Virus record (IMG/VR): IMGVR_UViG_3300037465_000028
Location: 1 to 29,186 of that record
Origin: a virus
Lineage: Duplodnaviria; Caudoviricetes
Length of the DNA: 29,186 bases
Reading direction: 5' to 3' (one strand)
The position numbers and the translations under genes are program-made. The stretch's first letter is position 1; each line of letters starts with the position of its first letter. Under the pieces are notes generated by a model, which was given only the letters and a program-made list of their open reading frames with translations, ran no database searches and was not told where the DNA came from. This document shows positions 16,725 to 24,219 of this stretch, in pieces.

Positions 16725-17009
16725 TTACAAATCAGGGTTAATCCAGCATTCCCTATTCTGCTCCAACACCAATTTATTTCTTTTAAGCGTAGCCATATAA
16801 GTCGCAAAACTCCCGCTCCCGCTATTCAATCCCACCGCCAATCCCAACTGCGCCCTCGTAAATTTCTTATGCGGGTTCTCCGCCAAAAACTTAAATATCT
16901 TCGCCGCACCCGTATAACTTTTCCCTGCGCCCCGCTTCGCTAAAATAGCGAACGTCTTGGTGGCGGCGTTAATCGGTATCTGCACGTTCCCTAAATTAAG
17001 TTTATCCAT
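16725..17009 (-). CDS. 94-aa protein with a Walker A motif joined directly to a winged-HTH; probable internally deleted HerA/DUF87-like ATPase
   Basis: TFAILAKRGAGKSYTG followed at once by KIFKFL...TRAQLGLAVGL...SGSFATYMATLKRNKLV; no Walker B or ATPase core. Confidence 0.6.
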   Translation of the reverse strand: MDKLNLGNVQIPINAATKTFAILAKRGAGKSYTGAAKIFKFLAENPHKKFTRAQLGLAVGLNSGSGSFATYMATLKRNKLVLEQNRECWINPDL

Positions 17010-17010
17010 T

Positions 17011-17796
17011 TTATTCCTTTTTTATCTCGGTTTTTACTTCCTCACGCTTTCTTCCGAAAATATCATCCAACTTTTTAGCGGTATCCTCGTCAGCACTCCT
17101 AAATTCACCCGCATACTTTACGATAATCCCTTCCAGCACTCCCAACAACTGCTCCCTTACATATAATCTTTTCTGCTCATAACTAAAAACTGCTCCTTCC
17201 TCTAATTCGCTCATCACCTCAAACATCATTCCTTTATATGCCTCCTTATCCTTAAACCAGCCCCTCCATTTCACCCAGCACCACATCACCCCATCCTTCT
17301 CCCTCTTATCCCTCACCTCATATAAATCCTTCACATCCACCTCGCCAATCGGCAGTTCGTCCCCTTTATTTAATTCTTTGGCTTCTTTGTTCATTTCTCT
17401 TTTGGTTTTTGGCTTTATTCCTTCCGACCCTTTATACTTCCCTATTCTAAACCAATAAATTTTCATCGCTTCCGCCCCCTCAAACTTGCTCGGTATCATT
17501 TCAAATTCGCCGTCTTTCTCCTTCTGCTTCAACCACTTCGCAAAACTTTTTCTTAATCTCGGCAATTCAATCCCCACATCATCCTCAAAATCCTCCCACC
17601 ACACATATATCCTGCTCACTCCCTCTCTTAATGCGCTATCCAACAGTTTTACGTTTATCCCCGCCCAATAAAATCCGTTGTGGTAAAAAGGTTTTTTGAG
17701 GTTAAATATCCGCCAAAACTTATATCCATCGCCGCTGTTAATCTCCTCAATCTCCAAACCCCAAAATTTTCTTTTTGGAAATCCGTAGGTTTTCAT
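17011..17796 (-). CDS. hypothetical protein, 261 aa, possibly two fused domains
   Basis: ATGA overlap with the nuclease gene; Lys-rich linker before internal Met at 17394. Confidence 0.7.
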   Translation of the reverse strand: MKTYGFPKRKFWGLEIEEINSGDGYKFWRIFNLKKPFYHNGFYWAGINVKLLDSALREGVSRIYVWWEDFEDDVGIELPRLRKSFAKWLKQKEKDGEFEMIPSKFEGAEAMKIYWFRIGKYKGSEGIKPKTKREMNKEAKELNKGDELPIGEVDVKDLYEVRDKREKDGVMWCWVKWRGWFKDKEAYKGMMFEVMSELEEGAVFSYEQKRLYVREQLLGVLEGIIVKYAGEFRSADEDTAKKLDDIFGRKREEVKTEIKKE

Positions 17797-18473
17797 AATT
17801 TATACAGCGGCGACAACTCGTTTCTTTTTTTCAATTCCAACACTTCGCTCCACCTCTCCTTCAAATACGCTTCAACCTCCTCCCTATACCTCTTTACCCT
17901 CCCAAACATCCTCATCACTCTCACCAAATCCCTGCTGGTATAAAACATCTCAAACCGCCCCGTCGCCAATATATTCCCCCACTCATCTATCTTCGTCTCC
18001 GCCCAATTCAATCTCATCTCACCCGGCAATTTATTATACTTCGCATACACCAATAAGGCGTAGAAATCCAACTGCTCGCTTTCGTCCACCATTCTTTTCG
18101 TCCATTCCTTCCCCGTCTTATCCTCGCCCACCTTCAATCCGTTCTCGTCAAAACTATCCAACCTCCCCAGCAGTTTAATCCCGCCCATCACCGCCTCAAT
18201 TTCAAATTCCCTTTTAGGATAGCTCGGAAGCATAATACGGGCGAACTCCAGCCCCATATCTTCCTCAATCCCACACCCTTTCTCTCTCGCTTCGCTAAAC
18301 ACCTTCCCGAAAACTACCCGCTCCTCGTTAAATCCGTTCTCTCCTAACACATACACATTCCACCATCTTTCTTTCCCAATATTCCAGCAATTCAACTGGC
18401 TCCAGCTTACATAATCCCTCGGCAATACAATCTTAAAGGAGTGTGCCGCTTTTTGCTTTTTGCTCTTGTTCAT
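17793..18473 (-). CDS. PD-(D/E)XK (RecB-like) nuclease
   Basis: 226 aa; VSWSQL, GRLD, EDKTG and QLDFYAL motifs; next to an annealing protein. Confidence 0.82.
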   Translation of the reverse strand: MNKSKKQKAAHSFKIVLPRDYVSWSQLNCWNIGKERWWNVYVLGENGFNEERVVFGKVFSEAREKGCGIEEDMGLEFARIMLPSYPKREFEIEAVMGGIKLLGRLDSFDENGLKVGEDKTGKEWTKRMVDESEQLDFYALLVYAKYNKLPGEMRLNWAETKIDEWGNILATGRFEMFYTSRDLVRVMRMFGRVKRYREEVEAYLKERWSEVLELKKRNELSPLYKL

Positions 18474-19122
18474 TTATTTTTTTATCAATTAACTCCGTTA
18501 ATTCGGCCTTTTGTTTTTCCCCAAATGTAGAGGCAATAATCTTCTCTTTCCATTGCCTCAAAATATCCACGCTCTCCTGCGTCCCAATCATCGCCTTCGT
18601 CTTATCAAACGCCGCCTCCTTGCTCATCCCTTTTTCCTTCGGTTTCCCATCCTCCAATTTCCCCACCCGCTCCAACTCTTTCCAATATACATCCAGCGCA
18701 ATCCCAAACAAGCTGGCGCATTTTTTCAGCGCATCGCTCGCCGCCGCTTTCAGCGTGTCCCCAATCGGAATTTCAGGGTATCTGTCGTGGTTTCCATACT
18801 GCCCCTTCGTAATGCTAAACCCCTTCTTGTGGTCTTTAATCGTCAATTCTCCATACACCGCCACGCTCTTATCCAAAAGAGTTTCCCGCAATACTTGAAA
18901 ATTCCAATTCACCGCTCCAAAAATCTCGTTCAATCTCGCTATCACATATCCCACCTCAACATAATCCGCTTCCTTCTTCCCCCTCACCACCCGCCGCTTT
19001 ATAAACTCCTTCGGCGTAGCCACAAATATCTTCTGCTTTTGCTCCGGCGCCAAGTCCAGCTGGCTCAACACCAACGCCCTACTCTCAACCTTTTTTATTT
19101 TCTTAATCTTTTTCTTTGCCAT
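18433..19122 (-). CDS. Rad52/Sak-like single-strand annealing protein
   Basis: DYVEVGYVIARLNEIFGAVNWNF and LKAAASDALKKCASLFGIALDVY; start moved to ATG 19122 (AAGATT context). Confidence 0.88.
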   Translation of the reverse strand: MAKKKIKKIKKVESRALVLSQLDLAPEQKQKIFVATPKEFIKRRVVRGKKEADYVEVGYVIARLNEIFGAVNWNFQVLRETLLDKSVAVYGELTIKDHKKGFSITKGQYGNHDRYPEIPIGDTLKAAASDALKKCASLFGIALDVYWKELERVGKLEDGKPKEKGMSKEAAFDKTKAMIGTQESVDILRQWKEKIIASTFGEKQKAELTELIDKKINEQEQKAKSGTLL

Positions 19123-19132
19123 AATCTTTTTA

Positions 19133-19750
19133 TTATTCTCCGGTTGCCCGACCCGCAACCGTTTTTACTTCCCTAACCTCAATTCCGGCTATCGCTACTC
19201 CGGCCAATGCGACCCTTCTAATTCTCACCATATCCGGCACCAAATACTCTCTCGGTATCTCCTTCTCATTGACGATAAACACTTCCCTCCGAATTACAAA
19301 TGTCGCCTTTCCCACCTTGCTCTCAATCGTTTTATCCACTTTCTTTTCCTCTAATGCCTCAACTTTCTTTGCGCCCGTCTCAAATTTCATCGTTCCCTTA
19401 TCCACCTTATCGGCAATTTTCGCTTCCTGCGCCAACCTTTCCTTCTCCTCTTTATTGCTAAATTCAATCATCGCTTTTTTAATCTTCCCCTCCGCCTCAA
19501 CCAGCTTATTCTCATAAGGCGCAAAAAAAGCACGAGCGTTCGCCAATGCTTCATTCAACGGCCTCACAATACTCCCTTTCGCTTCTACAATCTTTTTCTG
19601 CGCCGCCTTAATAATCCCCAAAAAGTCGGTCGCCTTCTCTAACCCGTCTTTGTCGGCAATCTTAATTTCCTCGCTCCGGCGCACCACCAATCTAACTTCT
19701 TTTTCTATTTCCTCCCTTATTTCAGGAGAAATCGCAATTTTGTTTTCCAT
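19133..19750 (-). CDS. coiled-coil protein with Gp157-like C-terminus, recombination module
   Basis: 205 aa; long heptad region, then IPREYLVPD...IAGIEV. Confidence 0.6.
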   Translation of the reverse strand: MENKIAISPEIREEIEKEVRLVVRRSEEIKIADKDGLEKATDFLGIIKAAQKKIVEAKGSIVRPLNEALANARAFFAPYENKLVEAEGKIKKAMIEFSNKEEKERLAQEAKIADKVDKGTMKFETGAKKVEALEEKKVDKTIESKVGKATFVIRREVFIVNEKEIPREYLVPDMVRIRRVALAGVAIAGIEVREVKTVAGRATGE

Positions 19751-19813
19751 AATCTTTTTAATTGTTTATCTTAACCTTTTTATCTTATCACATCCTCATA
19801 TAACTATAAGCAA

Positions 19814-19824
19814 GTTATCCACAG
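19814..19824. promoter_or_regulatory. DnaA box (TTATCCACA) upstream of the recombination operon
   Basis: Intergenic GTTATCCACAG, with a possible extended -10 TGATAAGAT at 19790-19782. Confidence 0.55.
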
Positions 19825-19826
19825 CC

Positions 19827-20042
19827 CTATTTCTTCACACGTCCCTTCCAAAATTCCTTCAAAAACCTATCCACATTCTCTCTCGGAATGTAATATCTCT
19901 TTCCTTTGCCTTTCCCCAAAACCCTCGGCTTGAAAACGTGCTTATATCTTTTTACAAAATCCCTTAACGCCGGATAGCTTTTAGGCAACGGTTTCGGCAA
20001 CAGCTTTCCTATATCTTTTAATTTAATCAGTTCTCCGTTCAT
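19827..20042 (-). CDS. small basic DNA-binding protein, excisionase/HTH-like
   Basis: 71 aa; LKDIGKLL...KRYYIPRENVDRFL pattern. Confidence 0.55.
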   Translation of the reverse strand: MNGELIKLKDIGKLLPKPLPKSYPALRDFVKRYKHVFKPRVLGKGKGKRYYIPRENVDRFLKEFWKGRVKK

Positions 20043-20079
20043 ATCTTTATTTTACCTTACTTTAATCGCCCTTTATCTT

Positions 20080-20109
20080 ACCCTATCATATTACATCCCC
20101 AAGCGTCAA
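20080..20109 (-). promoter_or_regulatory. possible sigma70-type promoter TTGACG-N18-TAGGGT with extended TG
   Basis: Good -35 and weak -10 in an intergenic gap; DnaA box at 20118-20126 just upstream. Confidence 0.4.
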
Positions 20110-20110
20110 A

Positions 20111-20311
20111 CTACAACTTATCCACAAACAGCCCAACTACCGGCCTATACAGCACCTTCACCGCCTCCGTCATCAAATCGCCCCCACAATACCCCAATCC
20201 GTGCGTCCTCTCGTATTCCACGCACCCCATCATCAACACCAGCCATAAGGCGAAAAACACCACATACCCAACCACAAACCACCCTAAAACTATCCCAATT
20301 TTTTTAACCAT
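20111..20311 (-). CDS. small membrane protein, 66 aa
   Basis: N-terminal transmembrane segment and a Cys pair. Confidence 0.7.
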   Translation of the reverse strand: MVKKIGIVLGWFVVGYVVFFALWLVLMMGCVEYERTHGLGYCGGDLMTEAVKVLYRPVVGLFVDKL

Positions 20312-20326
20312 AATCTTATTTTATCT

Positions 20327-20524
20327 TTATTCGGCCTTTAACTCCAACCCCAGTATCTCATAGCATTTCGCTATCTCCCCGCTATCCCCGTATTTCAAGC
20401 TCTCAACCCTCCCGATACATTCCTCAAATTTCTTCTCGTTCCAATCCTCAATCAATGCTCCCAAAAACGACAGCACCAACAATCCAATCAGCACAAAACC
20501 GACTATCCATTGCCACTTTTTCAT
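20327..20524 (-). CDS. small membrane protein, 65 aa
   Basis: N-terminal transmembrane segment and a Cys pair. Confidence 0.7.
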   Translation of the reverse strand: MKKWQWIVGFVLIGLLVLSFLGALIEDWNEKKFEECIGRVESLKYGDSGEIAKCYEILGLELKAE

Positions 20525-20525
20525 T

Positions 20526-20732
20526 TTACAAATCCATTACCCATAATTCTCCGACCTTTCTAAATCCGCCCACCACTATATCAAATTTTGGGCTTCCTTC
20601 CTCCTGTTCAACCAACTCTACTTCGCTGCTCAATAGGTGTTTCCTTGCTTCACGTAGCGCTCCGTCAAGATTATCCACCTCGGTAGTGTATGACCTTTTC
20701 CCCCGTCCCACATTAACCAATCTTATCTTCAT
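20526..20732 (-). CDS. hypothetical protein, 68 aa
   Basis: Packed ORF on the coding strand. Confidence 0.7.
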   Translation of the reverse strand: MKIRLVNVGRGKRSYTTEVDNLDGALREARKHLLSSEVELVEQEEGSPKFDIVVGGFRKVGELWVMDL

Positions 20733-20923
20733 TTTAATTTTAGGTTTAGCTTATATTCCTTAATCGCCCTTTCAAGTCGCCACTTATAATCCTTATCTCT
20801 CTCAAACAATTCACTAATCTCTAAGTCGTCGGCGCAATCCATACACACCCCGCTATAATCGTGCCTTATTGTTTTCCCACATTTCTTACAGGGTATTCCC
20901 TGCACAATTCCTAAACTTTTCAT
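20729..20923 (-). CDS. CxxC...CxxC zinc-finger protein, 64 aa
   Basis: CKKC and CMDC motifs. Confidence 0.7.
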   Translation of the reverse strand: MKSLGIVQGIPCKKCGKTIRHDYSGVCMDCADDLEISELFERDKDYKWRLERAIKEYKLNLKLK

Positions 20924-20939
20924 AATCTTAATTCTTAAC

Positions 20940-21590
20940 TTATTTTCGTCCCTTTGTTTGGTTCACGTTAAAGTAATTCACCAGTCCGCCATACAACGCT
21001 TCCACCTCCTGCGGCGTTCTCGTCCCCGCCAAATACATCTGCGCCTCTTGGTCGTTCGTGATGTAATACGCCTCGGTCAATGCGCTCACCAAATGCCCAT
21101 ATACAGTCACCCCAAATCCTCCTTTCAAATATCCTTCATCCGGCAACCCCAGCCCCGCAATCAAACTGTCGTGTAATGCGGTAGCCAACAGCACATCTTG
21201 TTTCTCGTTATAAATCACCAGCGTCCCGTCGTGGCTCGGGTCGCTATTCCCGTTATGGTGGACGGACACAATCACATCGCATTTCCTCCCCGCCAACGCT
21301 TGGCACTTGCTCACCGCAATATCAATCCTTTCCTTCCTGCTGCTAATCGTCTCATCTCCCTCACGGGTCAAAACCACCAACGCCCCATCCGCCTCCAACC
21401 TGCTCTTTAACGCCAACACCACATTCAAATTCACATCCTTCTCCGCCACTCCATAGGCGGTATTTACTGCGCCCGTTTCCGTCCCTCCGTGTCCGGCATC
21501 CAGCGCAATCAGCTTTCCGGTTACGGAGGTAGCCGCTGCTACTTGGCTGGCTAAAGCCAGCCCGATTAAACCAACCAATAATTTTTTCAT
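20940..21590 (-). CDS. secreted N-acetylmuramoyl-L-alanine amidase (Amidase_3)
   Basis: 216 aa; Sec-type signal MKKLLVGLIGLALASQVAA; LDAGHGG, AEKD, SVHHN and LTEAYY Zn/catalytic motifs intact. Confidence 0.92.
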   Translation of the reverse strand: MKKLLVGLIGLALASQVAAATSVTGKLIALDAGHGGTETGAVNTAYGVAEKDVNLNVVLALKSRLEADGALVVLTREGDETISSRKERIDIAVSKCQALAGRKCDVIVSVHHNGNSDPSHDGTLVIYNEKQDVLLATALHDSLIAGLGLPDEGYLKGGFGVTVYGHLVSALTEAYYITNDQEAQMYLAGTRTPQEVEALYGGLVNYFNVNQTKGRK

Positions 21591-21601
21591 TGTTTTGTTT
21601 T

Positions 21602-21751
21602 TTAATTTTTTTCTTCTTCAACTGATACGACCCTAAATCCCTTCTTCCAAATAAACTCAACCCACTCCTCTGCCTTCACCCTATCGGTAAATCTCGCATT
21701 CTGCTCCCCTCCCGAACCGTCTATCCACTTAACCACCCATATTTTCTCCAT
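21602..21751 (-). CDS. hypothetical protein, 49 aa (absent from ORF track)
   Basis: MEKIWVVKWIDGSGGEQNARFTDRVKAEEWVEFIWKKGFRVVSVEEEKN*; fills the gap between the HExxH gene and the amidase. Confidence 0.65.
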   Translation of the reverse strand: MEKIWVVKWIDGSGGEQNARFTDRVKAEEWVEFIWKKGFRVVSVEEEKN

Positions 21752-22316
21752 TTTGGTTTTGAGGCGCACCCAACGCCTTCTCGTAATACCGCACCTTTCT
21801 CAACCATTTCGCATATAGCGTCCTCGCTCTTTTCATTCTCGTCTCCGCCTTCGCCAAATTTATTCTCGCCAATTCATACCGCCTCGTTTTCACATCAATC
21901 ATTTTCTTCGCTATCACCTTCTCCCCAATCGGGTATCGCTCATCGCTAATAGCCGCCTTAATCCAATCAATATACCATTCCTCAATCGTGTCTCCGCTTT
22001 TCTTATGTCTCACTCCCAAGCAATGCCCCAATTCGTGGATAAAGGTTTCCGCTACGGACTGGCTAAACTCCAAACTATGCTTCCCGTATTTTCTTTCCTT
22101 CTCAATCACCCTCGGCAACTTCATCGCCACAAAAGTAGAATGGTAGTAGGCGTATCCACCAATCCACCATCCGCCTCTGTTATATCTTACCTTCACATTC
22201 ACGCCCCTCCCAATCTCCCAACGCTTTCCTTCGTCCCTTCTTACCCTCGCCGCACACAGCGCAAATATCTTCCGCAAATTCTTCGTCTCATATTTAGTTG
22301 TATTCTCAACCTTCAT
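21729..22316 (-). CDS. zincin-like HExxH metallopeptidase-domain protein with basic helical C-terminus
   Basis: 195 aa; FIHELGHCLGVRH. Confidence 0.7.
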   Translation of the reverse strand: MKVENTTKYETKNLRKIFALCAARVRRDEGKRWEIGRGVNVKVRYNRGGWWIGGYAYYHSTFVAMKLPRVIEKERKYGKHSLEFSQSVAETFIHELGHCLGVRHKKSGDTIEEWYIDWIKAAISDERYPIGEKVIAKKMIDVKTRRYELARINLAKAETRMKRARTLYAKWLRKVRYYEKALGAPQNQNGENMGG

Positions 22317-22495
22317 AATCTTATTGCTCTTATCCTAATCTCTTTTATTCGCCGACCTTTGTTTTCTTTCCTAAACTTCCTCACCACCTTCCCAATAGCA
22401 GAACTCAAATTGCCTTCCGCTATTTCCCCATCCCTATTCGGCCATTCCTTCGGGTAGGGGTCGTCCCACGACAATCTCACTAAATATTTATTCAT
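22313..22495 (-). CDS. hypothetical protein, 60 aa
   Basis: First gene after the strong promoter; ATGA overlap downstream. Confidence 0.7.
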   Translation of the reverse strand: MNKYLVRLSWDDPYPKEWPNRDGEIAEGNLSSAIGKVVRKFRKENKGRRIKEIRIRAIRL

Positions 22496-22540
22496 ACATT
22501 TTACCTTAATCTTAACGACCTTTTAATCTTATCTATGTAG

Positions 22541-22569
22541 ATGATACACCCGTTTTTAACTCCTGTCAA
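22541..22569 (-). promoter_or_regulatory. near-consensus sigma70/sigmaA promoter TTGACA-N17-TATCAT
   Basis: + strand tgtcaa 22564-22569 and atgata 22541-22546, 17-nt spacer. Confidence 0.85.
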
Positions 22570-22626
22570 GAACACACAAGTCCTTACATCATCCATTTTA
22601 CCCCAAAAACCCAATGAAACAACCGA

Positions 22627-22637
22627 GTTATCCACAG
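22627..22637. promoter_or_regulatory. DnaA box (TTATCCACA) upstream of the strong early promoter
   Basis: Intergenic GTTATCCACAG, identical to the 19814 copy. Confidence 0.55.
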
Positions 22638-22955
22638 CTACTGCCCAAACATCCTCTCCACATCTTTAATCCCATACGCCACCGCATAAACCCCTCCCGC
22701 TTCCTCAAATCCTTTCCCCCATTCTCTCTGCGCTTCGGTTGCTTCATTCCCCTCCACCTTACATTCAATTCCGTAAATCCTCCCGTCCTTCACGGCAAAA
22801 ACATCAGGGCTCCCCACATCCCCAAATTTATAAAAATGGCTTCCCCTCGTAAACCCTCCCGTATTATTCCGCCAGCAAAATATCCGCTTCACCCTCAAAT
22901 ACTCCAACACGCTCCATACTACATCCTTCTCTTTTAATTTCTGCCCCATAATCAC
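22638..22955 (-). CDS. VRR-NUC domain nuclease
   Basis: 105 aa; WRNNTG, GSPD, IECK and QREW motifs. Confidence 0.88.
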   Translation of the reverse strand: MIMGQKLKEKDVVWSVLEYLRVKRIFCWRNNTGGFTRGSHFYKFGDVGSPDVFAVKDGRIYGIECKVEGNEATEAQREWGKGFEEAGGVYAVAYGIKDVERMFGQ

Positions 22956-23050
22956 TTTTTACTCACCCGCTCTTTCTCGCAAAAATAGCAGGGCTTATTT
23001 TTATTCCTTTGGTTGTGCTTCTTACAAACCCTTATCCGGTGTTTTTTCAT
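22952..23050 (-). CDS. 32-aa basic CxxH...CxxC peptide (absent from ORF track)
   Basis: MKKHRIRVCKKHNQRNKNKPCYFCEKERVSKK*; GTGA overlap with VRR-NUC. Confidence 0.55.
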   Translation of the reverse strand: MKKHRIRVCKKHNQRNKNKPCYFCEKERVSKK

Positions 23051-23105
23051 ATCATTATGGTATAATCATTCTAGCCCTCTAACAACCCCGCAGGACTTCC
23101 GCAAA

Positions 23106-23211
23106 GCCCTTCCCGCAACAGGAAGGCATAAGGAGAAGCAACAACCCATCAGCGCACCTAAGCTGGCGCACATCCTCACGGATGATAAACGGGGTTTCGT
23201 TGCTTCTCCTT
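23106..23211. ncRNA. structured non-coding element (three-way junction plus hairpin) at the 3' end of the replication initiator gene
   Basis: 13-bp perfect stem 23130-23142 with 23199-23211 enclosing two hairpins; extra hairpin 23106-23127. Confidence 0.55.
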
Positions 23212-23218
23212 TTCTTTT

Positions 23219-24028
23219 TCATCTCATTCTTCTTTCCTCCGCCGCCGCTTCCTCCTGTAAATTACTCCTTTCCTCCGGCGACAATCCGAAATTCTTAAAT
23301 AGTCCTTTTTTCATATCCGATAATTTTTTTAATACTTCCTTCCTTTTTATTTCGTTTTCAAAATCAGGCAGTATCCGGTAATACAATTTCGCCAAACTCA
23401 ATCTCCCCTCTCTCCAATAATAAAAATATTGCTTATTGTGTTGTTCCCACGCCCACATAATCGCCCGTCTTATAAACTCCACATCCGGCCATTTCTTCCT
23501 AATCATTTTAGGATATTTATTTCTATCCAATCCTTTATCTCTTGGGTTCTCCCCGGTGGTTTCCTTATAGGCCAAAAAGAAGTTATTAACCCAGTTTTGA
23601 GGTTCGCTCCCTAACGGAGTTATATTCTTTGTACTATTCTCCTCTGTATTATTATGCGGTGCCTTTCCACCCCTACCCGTCAGTTCTTTTCCACCCCGAC
23701 CGTCGGGGTGTTTCCGCCCCCACCCCCCGTTCACCACCCTAATTACCCGCCTATCCAAATTATCCGCCTCCTTATTCAATTCCACTACAATCCTCCCTTT
23801 CTTTTTCAGGTTTATAATCACCCGCTTCGCTCTATCCGCACTCACATTAAAAAAAGCACCAAAATATTCGTTGGTGGCAAAACACCCATCCTCGTTATCC
23901 AAGCTATCTATCTCAACCAAAAAAACCTTTTCCTGTAAACTTAAATTTTCGTCCAACCAAATTTCTTTCGGTATCCAAACTCCCTTAAACGCCCTTTTCA
24001 CTTTATCTATTCCTTTTTCCTTAATCAT
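23219..24028 (-). CDS. phage replication initiator (N-terminal HTH)
   Basis: 269 aa; FKGVWIPKEIWLDENLSLQEK...IDSLDNEDGCFATNEYF typical of phage initiators; Gly-rich repeated linker followed by NNTEENSTKN. Confidence 0.82.
   Translation of the reverse strand: MIKEKGIDKVKRAFKGVWIPKEIWLDENLSLQEKVFLVEIDSLDNEDGCFATNEYFGAFFNVSADRAKRVIINLKKKGRIVVELNKEADNLDRRVIRVVNGGWGRKHPDGRGGKELTGRGGKAPHNNTEENSTKNITPLGSEPQNWVNNFFLAYKETTGENPRDKGLDRNKYPKMIRKKWPDVEFIRRAIMWAWEQHNKQYFYYWREGRLSLAKLYYRILPDFENEIKRKEVLKKLSDMKKGLFKNFGLSPEERSNLQEEAAAEERRMR
23664..23730. repeat. iteron-like repeats within the initiator gene, candidate origin
   Basis: TTTCCRCCCC at 23664, 23688 and 23711; palindrome CACCCCGAC-C-GTCGGGGTG 23692-23710; AT-rich tract about 23620-23655. 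Confidence 0.6.
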
Positions 24029-24062
24029 TTTTTGATGGTATCAAACCAACCATCTGGGTAAA

Positions 24063-24087
24063 GTGGATAACCTGTTAATTATCCACA
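24063..24087. promoter_or_regulatory. inverted pair of DnaA-box-like sites upstream of the initiator
   Basis: GTGGATAA-8 nt-TTATCCACA. Confidence 0.6.
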
Positions 24088-24105
24088 CCTCTTATATGAA
24101 ACTTA

Positions 24106-24206
24106 TGGACTTCCAACCCGTTATATGTTATGATAACCCAAAGCAAAAATGCCTCCCAGCTTTTTCTACCCCCGTATATCCAAACACAGGTCGGGGGTCT
24201 TTTTTT
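24106..24206 (+). ncRNA. candidate antisense small RNA unit (promoter, about 65-nt RNA, terminator)
   Basis: TGGACT-N17-TATGAT with extended TG (24106-24134); stem ACCCCCG/CGGGGGT 24168-24198 followed by C and T7. Confidence 0.5.
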
Positions 24207-24219
24207 GCCTAAAACAGCC

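Noticed and set aside
17793-18473. Cas4 assignment
   Set aside because: Lacks the C-terminal Cys cluster for an Fe-S centre; its position beside a Rad52-like gene fits a recombination nuclease
13605-19158. ORF-track starts at 13652, 16807 and 19158
   Set aside because: These extensions overlap upstream genes; downstream ATGs at 13604, 16723 and 19122 fit family length and start context better
23130-23211. Hammerhead ribozyme, tRNA or SAM riboswitch
   Set aside because: GAAA and CUGAUG are present on the - strand, but the core reads CUGAUGG, not CUGANGA, and I could not form stem III with a UH site; no cloverleaf or T-loop; too short for SAM-I. Kept as an unassigned structure
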